Source: an uncultured Methanosarcinaceae archaeon (GTDB taxonomy: Archaea; Halobacteriota; Methanosarcinia; Methanosarcinales; Methanosarcinaceae). From it: a DNA stretch of 64,000 nucleotides. The stretch is taken from the NCBI GenBank assembly GCA_963833425.1, contig CAWHXP010000006.1, positions 64,001-128,000 of the forward strand, in the 5' to 3' direction. Both the position numbers and the translations under genes were made by a program. Of the stretch, positions 11,280 through 23,352 are shown one piece after another; the first letter of the stretch is position 1; the number at the start of each line of letters is the position of its first letter. Below the pieces are notes generated by a model. It saw only the letters and a program-made list of their open reading frames with translations. It was not told the origin of the DNA and ran no database searches.

Positions 11280-12419
11280 ATGGAGCAAGTTCCCTTGACC
11301 AATAATGACATCTTACTCTGGGATGAAACATTATTTAAAGACCTTTCCGTTCTTGAGCCTGACTATCTACCCGAATATTTCCCTCATAGAGATTCACAGT
11401 TAGATGCGCTCAAATTCGCTCTTAGGCCAGCTCTGCGCAGCATGCGTCCTTTGAATTGTTTGCTTGTAGGTCCTCCTGGGACAGGAAAGACCAGTGCAGT
11501 TATGAAAGTTTTTAAAGAAGTTGAAGTCTATGCTCCTAATGTGGTCGTTGTAAAAGTCAATTGCCAGATTGATTCCACACGCTTTGCAGTAATCTCGAGA
11601 ATTTACAGGAAAATTTTTGGAATTTCGCCGCCTAATTCTGGAATTGCATTTCGGAAGATTTTTGAAAAAGTTGTTAATTTCCTTATATCTTCAGAAAAAG
11701 TGTTGCTTGTTGCACTAGATGATCTCAATTATCTTTGTTATGAAGGGGGGCATACCAATGAAGTGATGTATTCCCTGTTGAGGGCTCATGAACAGTACCC
11801 CGGAGTGAAAATAGGAGTAACCGGAATCGTAAATGACACATCTGACCTCTACTGTATAGATTCCAGGGTGAATTCAATTTTTCTGCCGGAAGAGATACCT
11901 TTTCCGAAGTATGAGAATGCGGAAATTCTTGACATTCTCAAGGACAGGATAAAATATGGATTCTATCCAAAGGTAATTTCGGATGAATTACTGAAACTTG
12001 TTGTTTCATATGTAGAAAAGACAGGAGACCTTAGAATTGGAATAGATCTTCTTAAGCGCTCCGGATTTAATGCAGAACGCAGGGGAAACCGTACAATTTC
12101 CTCTGAAGATGTAGAAAAAGCATATGAAGCAACCAAACTGCTCCACCTTTGCAGGGGCATAAGCCTCCTTTCATATCCTGAAAAACGTTTACTCGAGTTA
12201 ATAGCAAGAAAAGGAGAAATACAAGCCGGTGAGCTCTACAAGTCCTTCCATGAACTGCTGCATCTAGGATATACCCGTTTTTACGGAATTGTAAACAGAC
12301 TCCAGGTGCTTAACTACGTGGATGCGGATTTTTCTGGTAAGGGGCAGAGAGGTAGAACACGAATTATAAAAACAAAGTATGATACCAAGGATATACTTAA
12401 TTGCCTTGAAAAGAGCTGA
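11280..12419 (+). CDS. cdc6: Orc1/Cdc6 family replication initiation protein
   Basis: DYLPEYFPHR, Walker A GPPGTGKT, GDLR, C-terminal wH GRTR. Confidence 0.93.
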   Translation: MEQVPLTNNDILLWDETLFKDLSVLEPDYLPEYFPHRDSQLDALKFALRPALRSMRPLNCLLVGPPGTGKTSAVMKVFKEVEVYAPNVVVVKVNCQIDSTRFAVISRIYRKIFGISPPNSGIAFRKIFEKVVNFLISSEKVLLVALDDLNYLCYEGGHTNEVMYSLLRAHEQYPGVKIGVTGIVNDTSDLYCIDSRVNSIFLPEEIPFPKYENAEILDILKDRIKYGFYPKVISDELLKLVVSYVEKTGDLRIGIDLLKRSGFNAERRGNRTISSEDVEKAYEATKLLHLCRGISLLSYPEKRLLELIARKGEIQAGELYKSFHELLHLGYTRFYGIVNRLQVLNYVDADFSGKGQRGRTRIIKTKYDTKDILNCLEKS

Positions 12420-12538
12420 ATTGATAATTTTAATCCTCATAGATATATAAAATTCTTGAAAATAGAGATTTGCATAAATTTTGATGAAAAGCTAAATAGA
12501 TTATTTTCCAGACCTTAATTTTAATAGGCTAATGTTAA

Positions 12539-12564
12539 AAGCACAGCCCTAAGACTGTGCCTTT
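12539..12564 (-). terminator. Hairpin downstream of thermosome gene
   Basis: GCACAG-ccctaaga-CTGTGC stem followed by a T run on the minus strand. Confidence 0.5.
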
Positions 12565-12605
12565 CCTTAATCAGCCCGAATTAATCTTGGGATTTATTTT
12601 AGGAA

Positions 12606-14267
12606 TTACATCATTCCGGGAGGCATTCCACCCATTCCAGGAGGCATTCCTCCACCCATTCCTGGGGGCATTCCCATCCCCTCTTCTGGGCCAGGAGATG
12701 CACGAGTAGAGGCAATGACATCGTCTATTCTAAGGATCATAACTGCAGACTCGGTGGCAGCATTAATGACCTGGGTCTTGACTCTGAGAGGTTCAACGAC
12801 AAAGTCCTTCCACATGTCAACAACCTTGCCTTCGAAAACGTTCAGCCCTGCAGTTTTCACTCCCTTCTCATGTTGAGAACGCAGCTCCATGAGCATGTCA
12901 ATAGGATCGAGTCCGGCATTTTCTGCAAGAGTTCGTGGAATGACTTCGAGAGCTTCAGCATAGGCTTTTACTGCGAGCTGTTCTCTGCCTTCAAGGGTTG
13001 CTGCGTATTCCTGGAGTCTCAATGCAACTTCAACTTCAGGAGAGCCACCGCCTGCAACGAGCTTGCCATCCTCAATTGCAACTGCTACCACGCGAAGTGA
13101 ATCTTCAAGAGCACTGTTTATACTTTCAACTACATGCTCGGTGCCACCACGCAGCAGGATGCTTACAGCCTTCGGGTTGTGGCAACCTGTGACAAAGGTC
13201 ATTTGGTCGCCGCCGACCTTCTTCTCCTCCACGAGTCCTGCGTATCCAAGGTCCTCAGGAGCAACCTCATCTAGGTTAGTAATGAGTTTGCCACCTGTTG
13301 CTCTTGCAAGCTTTTCCATATCGCTTTTCTTAACCCTTCGAACAGCAAAAATTCCTGCCTTTGCAAGGTAGTGCTGGGCAAGATCTTCAATCCCCTTCTG
13401 ACAAAAGACAACATTTGCCTTGCTATCGATAACCTTCTGAATCATCTTTTTTAACATCTGCTCTTCCTGGTCAAGGAAGGACTGAAGCTGGTCAGGAGAG
13501 GTTATAGAGATTTCCGCATCTACTTCAGTATCCTTGAGTTCGATTGCGGTGTTAAGGAGCATGATCTTTGCATCCTTAATCTTTTGAGGCATATTAGGGT
13601 GAATTCTTTCCTTATCAATGATCATGCCCTGAATAAGTTCGGAGTCTTCCACCTTGCCACCGACCTTCTTAACAACATTGATATTTTCTCTATCGATGAC
13701 GTTCTTTCCATTTGTGTCGACAATGCTTGTGACAGCATCAACTGAAATTTTAGAGAGAAGCTTTTTGGAGAACTCTGCAGCCTTTCCAGTCATTGCAGTT
13801 TCAGAGATGCTAATTAACAGGTCCCGGTCAGAAAGTATCACTGGCATTGCCAAGGAGTTCAGAACATCCACAGCTTTTTCGGCTGCAAGCCTATACCCAG
13901 ATGCAATAATCGTCGGATGAATTTCCTGCTCGATTAAGTCTTCAGCTTTTTTCAAGAGTTCACCTGCAACTACAGCTGCACTGGTAGTACCGTCCCCGAC
14001 TTGTTCATCCTGTGTTTTGGCTACTTCTACTACCATCTTCGCTGCAGGATGTTCGATGTCCATTTCTTTGAGAATGGTTGCTCCGTCATTTGTAATGACC
14101 ACATCTCCCATTGAATCAACGAGCATTTTGTCCATACCCTTAGGGCCGAGGGTTGTTCTGACCGCTTCAGCTACTGCCTTTGCAGCCATTATGTTGTTAC
14201 TTTGGGCATCCCTGCCTCTAGTTCGCTTACTTCCTTCTTTTAAAATGAATATTGGCTGTCCTGCCAC
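12606..14267 (-). CDS. thsA: Thermosome (group II chaperonin) subunit
   Basis: [22 protein letters not shown] tail; GTG start with GGAGG RBS. Confidence 0.96.
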   Translation of the reverse strand: MAGQPIFILKEGSKRTRGRDAQSNNIMAAKAVAEAVRTTLGPKGMDKMLVDSMGDVVITNDGATILKEMDIEHPAAKMVVEVAKTQDEQVGDGTTSAAVVAGELLKKAEDLIEQEIHPTIIASGYRLAAEKAVDVLNSLAMPVILSDRDLLISISETAMTGKAAEFSKKLLSKISVDAVTSIVDTNGKNVIDRENINVVKKVGGKVEDSELIQGMIIDKERIHPNMPQKIKDAKIMLLNTAIELKDTEVDAEISITSPDQLQSFLDQEEQMLKKMIQKVIDSKANVVFCQKGIEDLAQHYLAKAGIFAVRRVKKSDMEKLARATGGKLITNLDEVAPEDLGYAGLVEEKKVGGDQMTFVTGCHNPKAVSILLRGGTEHVVESINSALEDSLRVVAVAIEDGKLVAGGGSPEVEVALRLQEYAATLEGREQLAVKAYAEALEVIPRTLAENAGLDPIDMLMELRSQHEKGVKTAGLNVFEGKVVDMWKDFVVEPLRVKTQVINAATESAVMILRIDDVIASTRASPGPEEGMGMPPGMGGGMPPGMGGMPPGMM

Positions 14268-14334
14268 GATTTACTCCTCCATTAATGTGAGTTTGGAATG
14301 GCTCTTAATTAGAATCGCAGTTTACATGTTTGTA

Positions 14335-14348
14335 CTTCTATATAAACT
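14335..14348 (-). promoter_or_regulatory. Putative TATA box of thermosome gene
   Basis: Minus strand TTTATATAGAAG about 70 bp upstream of start. Confidence 0.45.
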
Positions 14349-14646
14349 CATCCCACTGATAACCCTGATATATATGGATCTTGAGAATGGATTTTCTCAA
14401 AGGCCAGATGGATAAATTAGTTTTGCACTAATTTTTTTTCGCAGAATTTTGAATTGCTATCCATAAACAAACCCGATTAAAAAATGTTAAATTTTACATC
14501 AGGCCTATTGTTAATATTTAACGTTTTTAGAAAAATTAAACTCATAATAAATGGAAACAGATAAGTTACGGGAATTACATTATACTAATATAACACGTAG
14601 AATTTTAAATAAAAATTTATGAGGATATGAATTAAGCTAAGATATA

Positions 14647-15963
14647 CAGTATTTACGAATTTTGCCAGTTTAGAAACCATTCCTATGAATTAGAAAAAAA
14701 AAACCATTTTGTAATTCTTTTTGAGAAGGATTATAAAAATATGTTAACCTATCAAGAAACGTTAAATTTATTTCTTGCTTAAATTTCATTAAATAATTCA
14801 GAAGCAATTTTACTGAAAGATTTTGTAATGCCTCAACTCCCTTGTTCCAGTTTAATAATGTCCAAACTGATTACTGATTTATTTGATACGCTCTAATCTC
14901 AAGAAATTACCTTAATACATTAAAAATATCATATAAAATAAATAGTATTACAAAAAAAATAACATCATTGAAACTGATGATTTGGAACATATCAGAATAT
15001 TGAATATTTTTCACTACACATCCAGTTTATACATTTAATATTTATCCGTATTCACAGGGAATTTGCTTGAAAAATTTATTTATAGAACCCACTTTTTATT
15101 TGTTGTAATAAGCTGTACTCTTTGTCCTGATCCGATACTACCACATATTGGAAACGGATCTATTGCCCTTAAACATTTAATCAAACACATTAGAAATATT
15201 TTAGTTCCCACCCTTATGATTTTCAAAAATTTCCTTAATTCTTTTGTTGGATCTAGTTGCAATTAAAAATTCCAACTTGTTCTCATACATTATTTAGATA
15301 ACTCCCCTGTTAAAAATGATCTATCCATGTGTAAGAGGACCCCACTTTCATTCTCATGATTTCAATCCTTCAAAATAAATATATAATAAAATTAGACTAT
15401 TCTGTGCTCAACACATTTATGTCGATAACATCAAATGATAACTTAGAGTTTCCAGTCATACTATGTTGCAAAAGGAATATTCCATAAAGTTTCATTTTTC
15501 GCTTTTAATCTCAATTATATATAAAGTGCCTAAACTTTAATAATGTGGAATATAAAAAATGTTATTAATGTAACGGATTTCATATAATTAAAAATAGCAT
15601 CATCGAAAGAATTCTTATTTTCCTATTCTGGATCTGAGATCATTGTTTACAAATTCAATAAAATGAGTATAGGATATTTCAGCATTAAATAAAGTATTTA
15701 GACTTCTTAATCGCTATAGTTCGTCTCATTATGCAAATTTCTTATATCAACAATATTACATGATTCAGAAAATATATACCAAATACAGAATGAAGATATA
15801 TGAGAGATTAAATCATTATTCTTTGTACTAAACAACTACTTCATTACTTCAAATAACCCTAGTATATTTTTTGATTTATAGAAATTATTTTGAGACTAGG
15901 TAAATATGGGAACCTTTAAACTCAGATTTATTTGAGACGAAACTGTGGCCCAGAAAATTACTG
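14647..15963 (-). mobile_element. Decayed ISH3-like (IS4 superfamily) element
   Basis: CAGTA-type ends (CAGTATTTACGAA at 14647; AAAATTACTG at 15963); fragments MDRSF, FLIATRSNKRIKEIFENH; similar to 34587-35729. Confidence 0.55.
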
Positions 15964-16119
15964 CACTTTTAACACAACATGAGATCCTCTTAGAATTCAT
16001 GAAAATAAATCATGCAATAGAGGAATAATATAATTTTCTAAAAAAGGATTTGAAATAACGAATAATAAAAAAAGAAACTATCAGCACTTGTGTACTACAG
16101 ATGTCAGCCATAAAAAGAA

Positions 16120-16758
16120 TCAGCGCTCCAGCACTTCATGAAGCAATTTCATTGCCCTTTTCTCATTTTCTCCACCGCACTTGGAAGCTAAATTTGCATA
16201 ATGCTGAATCAATTCGAGGTATTTTTTATCACCTGAGAGCTGGTAGCGGGTTGCATGAACGGTAGCCTCAAGCACCGCATTGAATCCTCTGTTTGGAACC
16301 AGAATATTCTTTTTATTCATCTCATTGAAACCTGTATTCATGGGAATAAGATCTGCTATCAGGCTTTGATCTGTATTAATAACACTTATGCATTTAAAAA
16401 CGATCCAAGCTGCAGCTTCTTTCAGAATTGGAAAATTGAGCCTGTGAGCAGTCACATAGTCAAACTCTGAAGGTTCAAGGTCGAAAAAAGTTGAACGCAC
16501 AAAAAGTAAAGGATTGTAAACTATGTTTGCTGCCATATATCCTTCTTTAAGAACGTTTGCCCATGTATGGCTGCCTCTGAAAAGCCTGACAAAAAGCCTT
16601 CCATCCCTGACGATTAATCCTATCGGAGCAGCATTAGGATATTCCAGACCTGTGCTTACAATTGTTTCGGAAATTCCTTCCAGGATTCCAAATGTGGAGA
16701 TATCTACAGTGGAAAATTTACTTCCGTATTTTGTATATTCAGATAAAAGTTTGGTCAA
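16120..16758 (-). CDS. DUF447 family protein
   Basis: ETIVST..PNAAPIG, GSHT, NRGFNAVLEATVHATR. Confidence 0.85.
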   Translation of the reverse strand: MTKLLSEYTKYGSKFSTVDISTFGILEGISETIVSTGLEYPNAAPIGLIVRDGRLFVRLFRGSHTWANVLKEGYMAANIVYNPLLFVRSTFFDLEPSEFDYVTAHRLNFPILKEAAAWIVFKCISVINTDQSLIADLIPMNTGFNEMNKKNILVPNRGFNAVLEATVHATRYQLSGDKKYLELIQHYANLASKCGGENEKRAMKLLHEVLER

Positions 16759-17777
16759 AAGCGCAGTCCTCCCAAGAGAGCAATGAAAATTCCGGCAATA
16801 ACAATATCCGCTGTTGAACCTGGGTTGATTTTCTTTTTAAGAAGTTCGATATCAAATTCCTTTACTGCAGGAATCATAGACGTAAAGTCTATGATTCCAC
16901 TGTCTGAAGATTCTTCATAGGCCAGTAGAATCTCACATGCCCTAGTTGATACGTAATCTGCAGTGGCTTTATCGAATTTTGTCTGGATAAAAGTGTCCCT
17001 GTGCCTAGAAAGCAATTTCAAAAATGTATATACTATAGCTTCGTTGATACCTGAGTCTGAACAATTCAAAACTGGGTATTCTACTCCTGAATTTCTAGAT
17101 TGCATGAACTTTGTGATACTATTTGCTCCTTCAAGGCAGCAACCAAATCCTGAGACCCATTCACATGCAATCATATCATATCCTTCTGCCATCACCATTA
17201 GTTCGTAAAGCGTAACTTTTTGTCCTCTGAGTTTGACAGTTGATTCGGGATCTCCAAGGCTAAATTCATCTACACTGTTTACCCTGGCTCCTGCCATGTC
17301 AAAAGCCCTATAAAATTCGACCGCATCCTCACAGTCTGTTGCTCTGACAAAAAAATGAGCACGTGAAGCGAGATTTTCAAATTCTTCTGATGAAAGCTTG
17401 CAACGGACTTTCCCGTATGAATGTAATAACTCTCCCGCAGCCATTGAAAGGGGAATCAATAATAGAAGAGCCCCAAAATGAGTATTACCACCCTTTTGCC
17501 AGGCAGAACTCTCACAAATTGCATTTCTGAAAAGTGTCCCTATCCCACTCCTGCAACTTGCAGCCATTTCAATTGCAGGGTAAACACTCACTGAAGAAGC
17601 TATAAAATGCTCAAAACATGTATCAGGATAGTTATGTTCACGATCTACATTTCCTGGCTTGGGAGAAGCAGAGACTTCCAGCAGCATAGCAAGCTGGGCA
17701 CAACGAGCAATAAGACTTGTGATCTGTGGGTCTTCTGCCCCATCAGGACAGGAAAAACCAAGATTAATGGGATTCAT
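16755..17777 (-). CDS. CitG-like triphosphoribosyl-dephospho-CoA synthase family protein
   Basis: LEVSASPKPGNVDR, NTHFG, NPGSTAD. Confidence 0.88.
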   Translation of the reverse strand: MNPINLGFSCPDGAEDPQITSLIARCAQLAMLLEVSASPKPGNVDREHNYPDTCFEHFIASSVSVYPAIEMAASCRSGIGTLFRNAICESSAWQKGGNTHFGALLLLIPLSMAAGELLHSYGKVRCKLSSEEFENLASRAHFFVRATDCEDAVEFYRAFDMAGARVNSVDEFSLGDPESTVKLRGQKVTLYELMVMAEGYDMIACEWVSGFGCCLEGANSITKFMQSRNSGVEYPVLNCSDSGINEAIVYTFLKLLSRHRDTFIQTKFDKATADYVSTRACEILLAYEESSDSGIIDFTSMIPAVKEFDIELLKKKINPGSTADIVIAGIFIALLGGLRF

Positions 17778-18903
17778 TTACAGAGATTCTGGCATTATCC
17801 AGCAAGTATTCAGCCAGTTGCTTTTTGAGTTTCATGTAATCTACATCAGAGAGACCAATTGTGTTTAATGCACCATCCCTAAGCCAGCAAGGCTTGGTAA
17901 TTTTGCAACACCAAACCAGGCTCCCGAAGCAAGTATCTCCTCCAAACTCCAGCATAGTTCCCTTCGCAAAGTCAAACTTCGTCTTGGAAAACTCTTCTGC
18001 TGTATAACCCAGTTTTCGGAATTTTTCATGCACAGGACAGGGTTTAACAGGAAGACAACAAAAAGCAAGAGCTCTGAAGTTACCATCACTGCAAACATGC
18101 TTAGGGACATTATACCAGCCAATGGATCGCTGATAGGAACTAACGCTCTCTACCAGCTCCCCTATAAGTTCATGATTCTGCATAACTCCCCTGGCAACAG
18201 ATACCATGTCAACGCCGCGGGAAAACATATCCTTTGCTCCCTCAAAATCAGTGACCGAGTTATTACCTATAAGGAAGAGCCTTGTAGCATCCCTGTAATT
18301 ACTAATCGCATCAAGGTCAGCCCCAAAACCATTTCGGCTAGCATCAACGTGTATTATGTCAGCACCCGACTTATCTATGAGCCTGGCAAGCTCTATGTCA
18401 TTAACAACATTTGACCTCACTTTTACTGAAAGTATGACTCCAGTCTCCTTTATCGCCTTGATCCAAGTAGAAAGTCGCGGAAAATCATGGAGTAGAGCTT
18501 CCCCTGTTCCAACCTCGAGCATTTCTGGTTGCCTGCAGTGGGCATTTAGCTCGAGGATCGCTCCTTCTTCTTTTAGAAGTTTTGCAGCTTCGATAAGAGG
18601 TTCAAGTTTAGTACTTCTGACATTTACCGCGACTGCACTTTCGGAAATTATTTCCTGAATTTCCTTTTTAAGAAGTTCCATTGGTTCATCGGAGATGAAC
18701 TCTTTTCTACCCATAGCTACTAGATCTGATGCAACAGTAATTGAGGCTTTATCCAAATTGAAAGCTCCAAGAACTACCAGACCTGCATTACTTGCATACT
18801 TGTTAGCAAAACAGCTATCTACAACCCCTGCAATTGAAGCTAGTGCGATCGGATTTTTAAAACGGACATAGCCAATATGCAAATCAAACAGACAATCACT
18901 CAT
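17764..18903 (-). CDS. Dihydrouridine-synthase-like TIM barrel fused to methanogenesis marker 9 domain
   Basis: ELNAHCRQ, IGNNSV, VSVARG; C-terminal LAFCC.PVKPC, TCFGSLVWCCKITKPC. Confidence 0.88.
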   Translation of the reverse strand: MSDCLFDLHIGYVRFKNPIALASIAGVVDSCFANKYASNAGLVVLGAFNLDKASITVASDLVAMGRKEFISDEPMELLKKEIQEIISESAVAVNVRSTKLEPLIEAAKLLKEEGAILELNAHCRQPEMLEVGTGEALLHDFPRLSTWIKAIKETGVILSVKVRSNVVNDIELARLIDKSGADIIHVDASRNGFGADLDAISNYRDATRLFLIGNNSVTDFEGAKDMFSRGVDMVSVARGVMQNHELIGELVESVSSYQRSIGWYNVPKHVCSDGNFRALAFCCLPVKPCPVHEKFRKLGYTAEEFSKTKFDFAKGTMLEFGGDTCFGSLVWCCKITKPCWLRDGALNTIGLSDVDYMKLKKQLAEYLLDNARISVNESH

Positions 18904-19252
18904 GTTTTACCTCTTAAAAATAAGCTTGGAAGCTGACAAAAAATAATATTCATTGTCAGAGATCAAAAAGTAATGATAATTTTCTTTCGACGATCCTTGA
19001 AAAATGGAAAAATCCATCTATAACTTACGGACAATAATACATATATATTAATATTTTGATGCATTCAAATTCATAAATTTATATAAATTTATATCAAGTA
19101 CAAGGAACTAGTGCATCTTAATAAATTAACCTAATAATAAAATCGAAATATCTCAAAATTATCGTAAAAATATATTGTTTATCAACTTTTGGAAATGCAG
19201 GTTCCCAAAAAGATATATATAGCTAAAAATATCAATGCCAATTGATAAGTGA

Positions 19253-19619
19253 TATGCGAGAGAGGCTGGACGGCTGACGGGCCTTCTGGTCTGAGGAAAG
19301 TCTCCCCACCACTCCGGACACACGAACATCTGTAAAGGATGTCGGGCGAGAGTCCAGGCTCTGGCACAGAAACGAGAACCATGCCTTGAAAATGCGATGA
19401 TACGTACGTTGAGGTCTCAGGGAAAGTGGATGAAACGGCGAACCCTCGTGGGTGCAAGTTGAAAATCGGGAATTAAGAGCAGTCCGGAATCTCCCGGTTA
19501 TTTTGGAAACGCATAGCTGAATGCCGTCACTGCAAGAGTCCTCAGGACCTTTTCCTCCACTGATGGGTGGCAGAAAATTTTGCAGGAACAGAAGGGAGCT
19601 TACGAGCCTCACTCGCATA
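19253..19619 (+). ncRNA. rnpB: Archaeal RNase P RNA
   Basis: P1 TATGCGAGAGAGGCT/AGCCTCACTCGCATA, GAGGAAAGTC, ACAGAAAC, GTGCAAG, AACAGAAGGGAGCTTAC. Confidence 0.95.
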
Positions 19620-19866
19620 AAATTATCCTAAAAATCATTAACTATGTTCTAATAACCTTAGAACTCATTATTTTTCCCCATCATTTACATGCTATAGCTA
19701 TTTTGAATAGGTAAGATGCTGTAGTATCCAATTTAACTGTGAATTTGAAGTCAATTTTTTTGTGTACTGTTTATAAATAGGTCCTTCGGATTAGGAGGTA
19801 TATCTACTTTACAACTTATTAAGAATTTTGGCTTCAAAGAAAATTGTGCACGCTGCATAATTTATA

Positions 19867-19955
19867 GAGGATTTTGATAAACCCCTAAATTTAGTCATGT
19901 GCGTATAAACTGAATATAAATAACTAATGAGAATCAGAGGTTTATCGAAACCCTC
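19867..19955. mobile_element. ~90-bp IS5-type MITE
   Basis: GAGGATTTTGATAAACC...GGTTTATCGAAACCCTC. Confidence 0.75.
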
Positions 19956-20126
19956 AACAGTCACTTCCTTAAATGAGAATGCAATACATATAAATATTTA
20001 AAAACAGAATAGTAGAGCATCATATTCCAGTTCGAGATCTATCCTGTTGTATGCTCATTTTAAACTGAATAACTACTTTCAATCACATAAAACAGAGAAA
20101 AGCCATTTTTTTCAGTTTTAACGATT

Positions 20127-21266
20127 TTATTTTGGAGGCAGGTTCAGCCAGAAAAAATTAAGCAATAACCATTGGACATAGCCCTTATAGTCCCTATTGA
20201 TCACTACTTCATCCAGATATTTCTCTAGAATTTCCCTGTTGCTAACAGCCAGTTTGAAAGAGATTTCTGGAAAACGATGCATTACCTTCTCCAATTTAAG
20301 AGAATTGGTAAGATAGTTTCCAAAATCCTGCCTACAACTCGATTCGTATTTTTTAATGTCATTTAACTTTCTGCCATACATCATAATGCCTGCAATCGTC
20401 TCTGCAGCGAGTTGTCCGGATCTAATAGCATAGGCCATACCTTCTCCTGAAAAAGCTTCTACAAAACCCGCAGCATCCCCGCTTAGAAGAATTCTTGAAT
20501 TTATTGTTTTTCTTGCGATTCCACCCACAGGGATGATATGGGAACGAATAGGAAAAGTGCCAGCAAAACCATTTTCCTGCAAAAAATCCAGCATCACTTT
20601 TTTCGGATTCTTAAAATATTGAGCTATTCCCATGACCCCTACAGAATAATATCCAGCATGAGGAAAAATCCAGCCATATCCTCCTTGAGCAATCCCGAAG
20701 TGAATATCTAGAGTGCCAGGACACTGAATCTGTATAGCTCCACTCTCATCAGGTATTTCTGACACAAGCCCAAGACAGTATTCTGTTCGTTTATCTTTTG
20801 ATCTAACTTTGTATTTAAGAGATCCACCTGAGCCTTCTGCGATCAGAACAAATTTCCCAAGATAAGTATTGTCCGTGGTCTTTACCTCAACGAAATTTTT
20901 TCTCCCAGTACAATCCAGAACCCTTTCTCCGGTATGAACCTCAATTCCAGTTTCTTTAGCTTTTTCAAGCAGAAAATAGTCAAAAACCGTTCTTGAAACT
21001 AACAAGGCTAGATTACCTTCTTTTTCTGCCTCTACAAAACCATCCATAAAATGAATTTTTACCTTTGAAATATATCTCTCAACCACATACCCAGGAAGAC
21101 TGAAATCTAAGCAAGATAAACCATATGAAGAAAGAGCACCCCCGCAAGATTTGTACCTCGGAAAATGTTCTTTCTCAAGCAGAAGGGTTGAAAGCCCCTG
21201 TTTTCCAGCTGTTCTTCCGGCAGATGCTCCTGAAGGTCCTCCTCCTACTATAATCAAATCATACAT
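20127..21266 (-). CDS. Geranylgeranyl reductase family FAD-dependent oxidoreductase
   Basis: GGGPSG, FPRYKSCGG, GYGWIFP, GDAAGFV...GEG. Confidence 0.9.
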   Translation of the reverse strand: MYDLIIVGGGPSGASAGRTAGKQGLSTLLLEKEHFPRYKSCGGALSSYGLSCLDFSLPGYVVERYISKVKIHFMDGFVEAEKEGNLALLVSRTVFDYFLLEKAKETGIEVHTGERVLDCTGRKNFVEVKTTDNTYLGKFVLIAEGSGGSLKYKVRSKDKRTEYCLGLVSEIPDESGAIQIQCPGTLDIHFGIAQGGYGWIFPHAGYYSVGVMGIAQYFKNPKKVMLDFLQENGFAGTFPIRSHIIPVGGIARKTINSRILLSGDAAGFVEAFSGEGMAYAIRSGQLAAETIAGIMMYGRKLNDIKKYESSCRQDFGNYLTNSLKLEKVMHRFPEISFKLAVSNREILEKYLDEVVINRDYKGYVQWLLLNFFWLNLPPK

Positions 21267-21377
21267 ATTTAAACACCTGCTTAATTATATGAGTTTAAAT
21301 TTAAAAGACAATGATGGAGATAGTATTTATGAGTAAGACTGAAATTTATAAGTTCAGAGTACTTATAATCTGCCATT

Positions 21378-22290
21378 TCAATGGAAGTGAAGACTTTGAA
21401 TATTAAGTCCGGAAGACGATTCATTATCTCGGAAAAAAATCAGCGAGTACTTAAGATGAGTCCCGCACTCTTCCTGGCAGAGAGATTTATGTATATCTAG
21501 ATCTTTGAGATTCCCACAACACAGACAAATTCCCGAGATCATTTCAGAAGCAAATTGCCCTGAGATAATGGAATAGGGTAATCCATTACATGAAAAATAA
21601 TCCACAAATCCGGCAGCACATCCGACTAGAAGAACTTTAGAGCCATTAATTCTTCTTTCAACTCCACCTCTCGGGATTTGATGTCCATGAATTTCATATT
21701 TACCGGAAAAAACATTTTTCCTTAGGAAATCAAGCATATATTTTTTAGGATGTGAAAAATTCTTGATAACCCCGCCAATTCCAACAGAATAATAGGTTTC
21801 GTGGGGAATAATCCAGCCACATATATCTCCAGAAATTCCAAAATACAGTTCTAAATTATTACTCAGACACTCTTCAATTTTGTTTTTTTTCGCAGGTACT
21901 TCTGCAACTACACACAACTAATATTCCCCCTGATATCTGCAGATTACACACATTTTTTGACTACACTCTGGATTCCTTCGGCAACTAGCGCAAACTTTGC
22001 ATTGTATACCGTCTTGTTAGTCTCCACTTCAACATAGGTGGGCATTTCCTCGCAGCAGAGAACTTTCTCCTTTGTCTGGACTTCGATTCCTGTTTCTTTT
22101 GCCTTTTCAGGAAGAAAAATATCAAATTCTTTCTGGAGATCAGAAATCGCATGTTTTGAAAGCCTTCACCACATAGCTTGTATCTATGAAATTTATCTTT
22201 CTCAAACATTTGTGTATTCAGGCCATGCTTCCATCTCCACCTCTGAACCGAGACGGAAGGACCACCACCTATAATAACTAAGTCATGCAT
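21378..22290 (-). pseudogene. Degraded second geranylgeranyl reductase paralogue
   Basis: MHDLVIIGGGPS, RYKLCG, GWIIP, VGCAAGFVD spread over several frames, with deletions. Confidence 0.88.
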
Positions 22291-22731
22291 GAGAGTAACA
22301 CCTAAAAATATACACAAGTTTAGAAATTTTTAATTCTTTCCTGAATTTTAGATCTATCGCAGTCAATTGCAATAGAAGTAATGATAAATTATAGCGCTTC
22401 CTTAAGATATTAAAAGTATCCAATTTTATCTCAATATCACATATATCTAAAAAGAGCTAATTTAAAGTGTTGGTATCAGTTCAAAATTTAGATAAAATAA
22501 GGATTCTGGGAAAATAACATCAATAAAAAGCATTAAAGGGCTGAATAAAAATTAAATTCTAGACGTATAAAAGACACACAGAGCAAAAAAAATCTAAACT
22601 CTGCTATCCAGGACCCAGATGAAGGTAAATTTTGTACAATTTTACACATTACTGAAATGTATTTAACAAGTATCTATATCTATTTTGTTCCAAAATAACT
22701 ATGCTTTACCTGACTTTTTTGTAAAGAGACC

Positions 22732-23352
22732 TTAGTTCTTAAAAGTTTCAAAAACATCCAGAACCTTCTGATAATTTACTTCTGTTCCGAAGCAGCCGTC
22801 TCTTTCCGTAGGAATTCCGTAACTCACGACTTTTCTACCTTTGAGAGCACGCATAACTTTATTGATTTCATAATCACAGGCAATTAGAAGGACACCATCG
22901 GCAGTTTCCAATTTAAGGATATTTTTTATGTAAGAAGAACCTGTCAGAATAAATAATTTATATCCATATTTTTCGGAGTCTTTCTTCAAATTGGTATAAA
23001 CACATTTGCCACAGTAGTTACACTGAATTCCTGTCTGTATCGTGGGGGCTATGCAGTCAAGGTTCCGCATACAATGGGGAGCCAGTATAACCCTTTTTTT
23101 TGTTTTTGCAAAAGCAGATTTATATGCCCTATTTTTCAAAGATGACATCCATTTATCCAAAATACGCGTATCTGAAAACTTGAGGAAAAACTGTCTTAAA
23201 GGCAGATAAAAAAAATCGAGTACATTTGAAAAAAAACCTGCTAAATAAACGCTCCTTTTAAGACTTTGTTTGCTGACGACTAGAGCAATGCTCGAGAGGA
23301 TAAAGGATATTATTATAAAAAAGAAAAGTACCTTACCGATGGTGCTATACAT
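22732..23352 (-). CDS. DUF116 family membrane-anchored Cys-rich protein
   Basis: N-terminal TM, PHCMR..C, C..CGKC, IACDYE, DGC. Confidence 0.85.
   Translation of the reverse strand: MYSTIGKVLFFFIIISFILSSIALVVSKQSLKRSVYLAGFFSNVLDFFYLPLRQFFLKFSDTRILDKWMSSLKNRAYKSAFAKTKKRVILAPHCMRNLDCIAPTIQTGIQCNYCGKCVYTNLKKDSEKYGYKLFILTGSSYIKNILKLETADGVLLIACDYEINKVMRALKGRKVVSYGIPTERDGCFGTEVNYQKVLDVFETFKN

Noticed and set aside
12606..12690. Repeats at the thermosome 3' end
   Set aside because: Ordinary Gly-Met-Pro chaperonin tail
19182..19618. Minus-strand ORFs of 91 and 128 aa
   Set aside because: Antisense shadows of the GC-rich RNase P RNA
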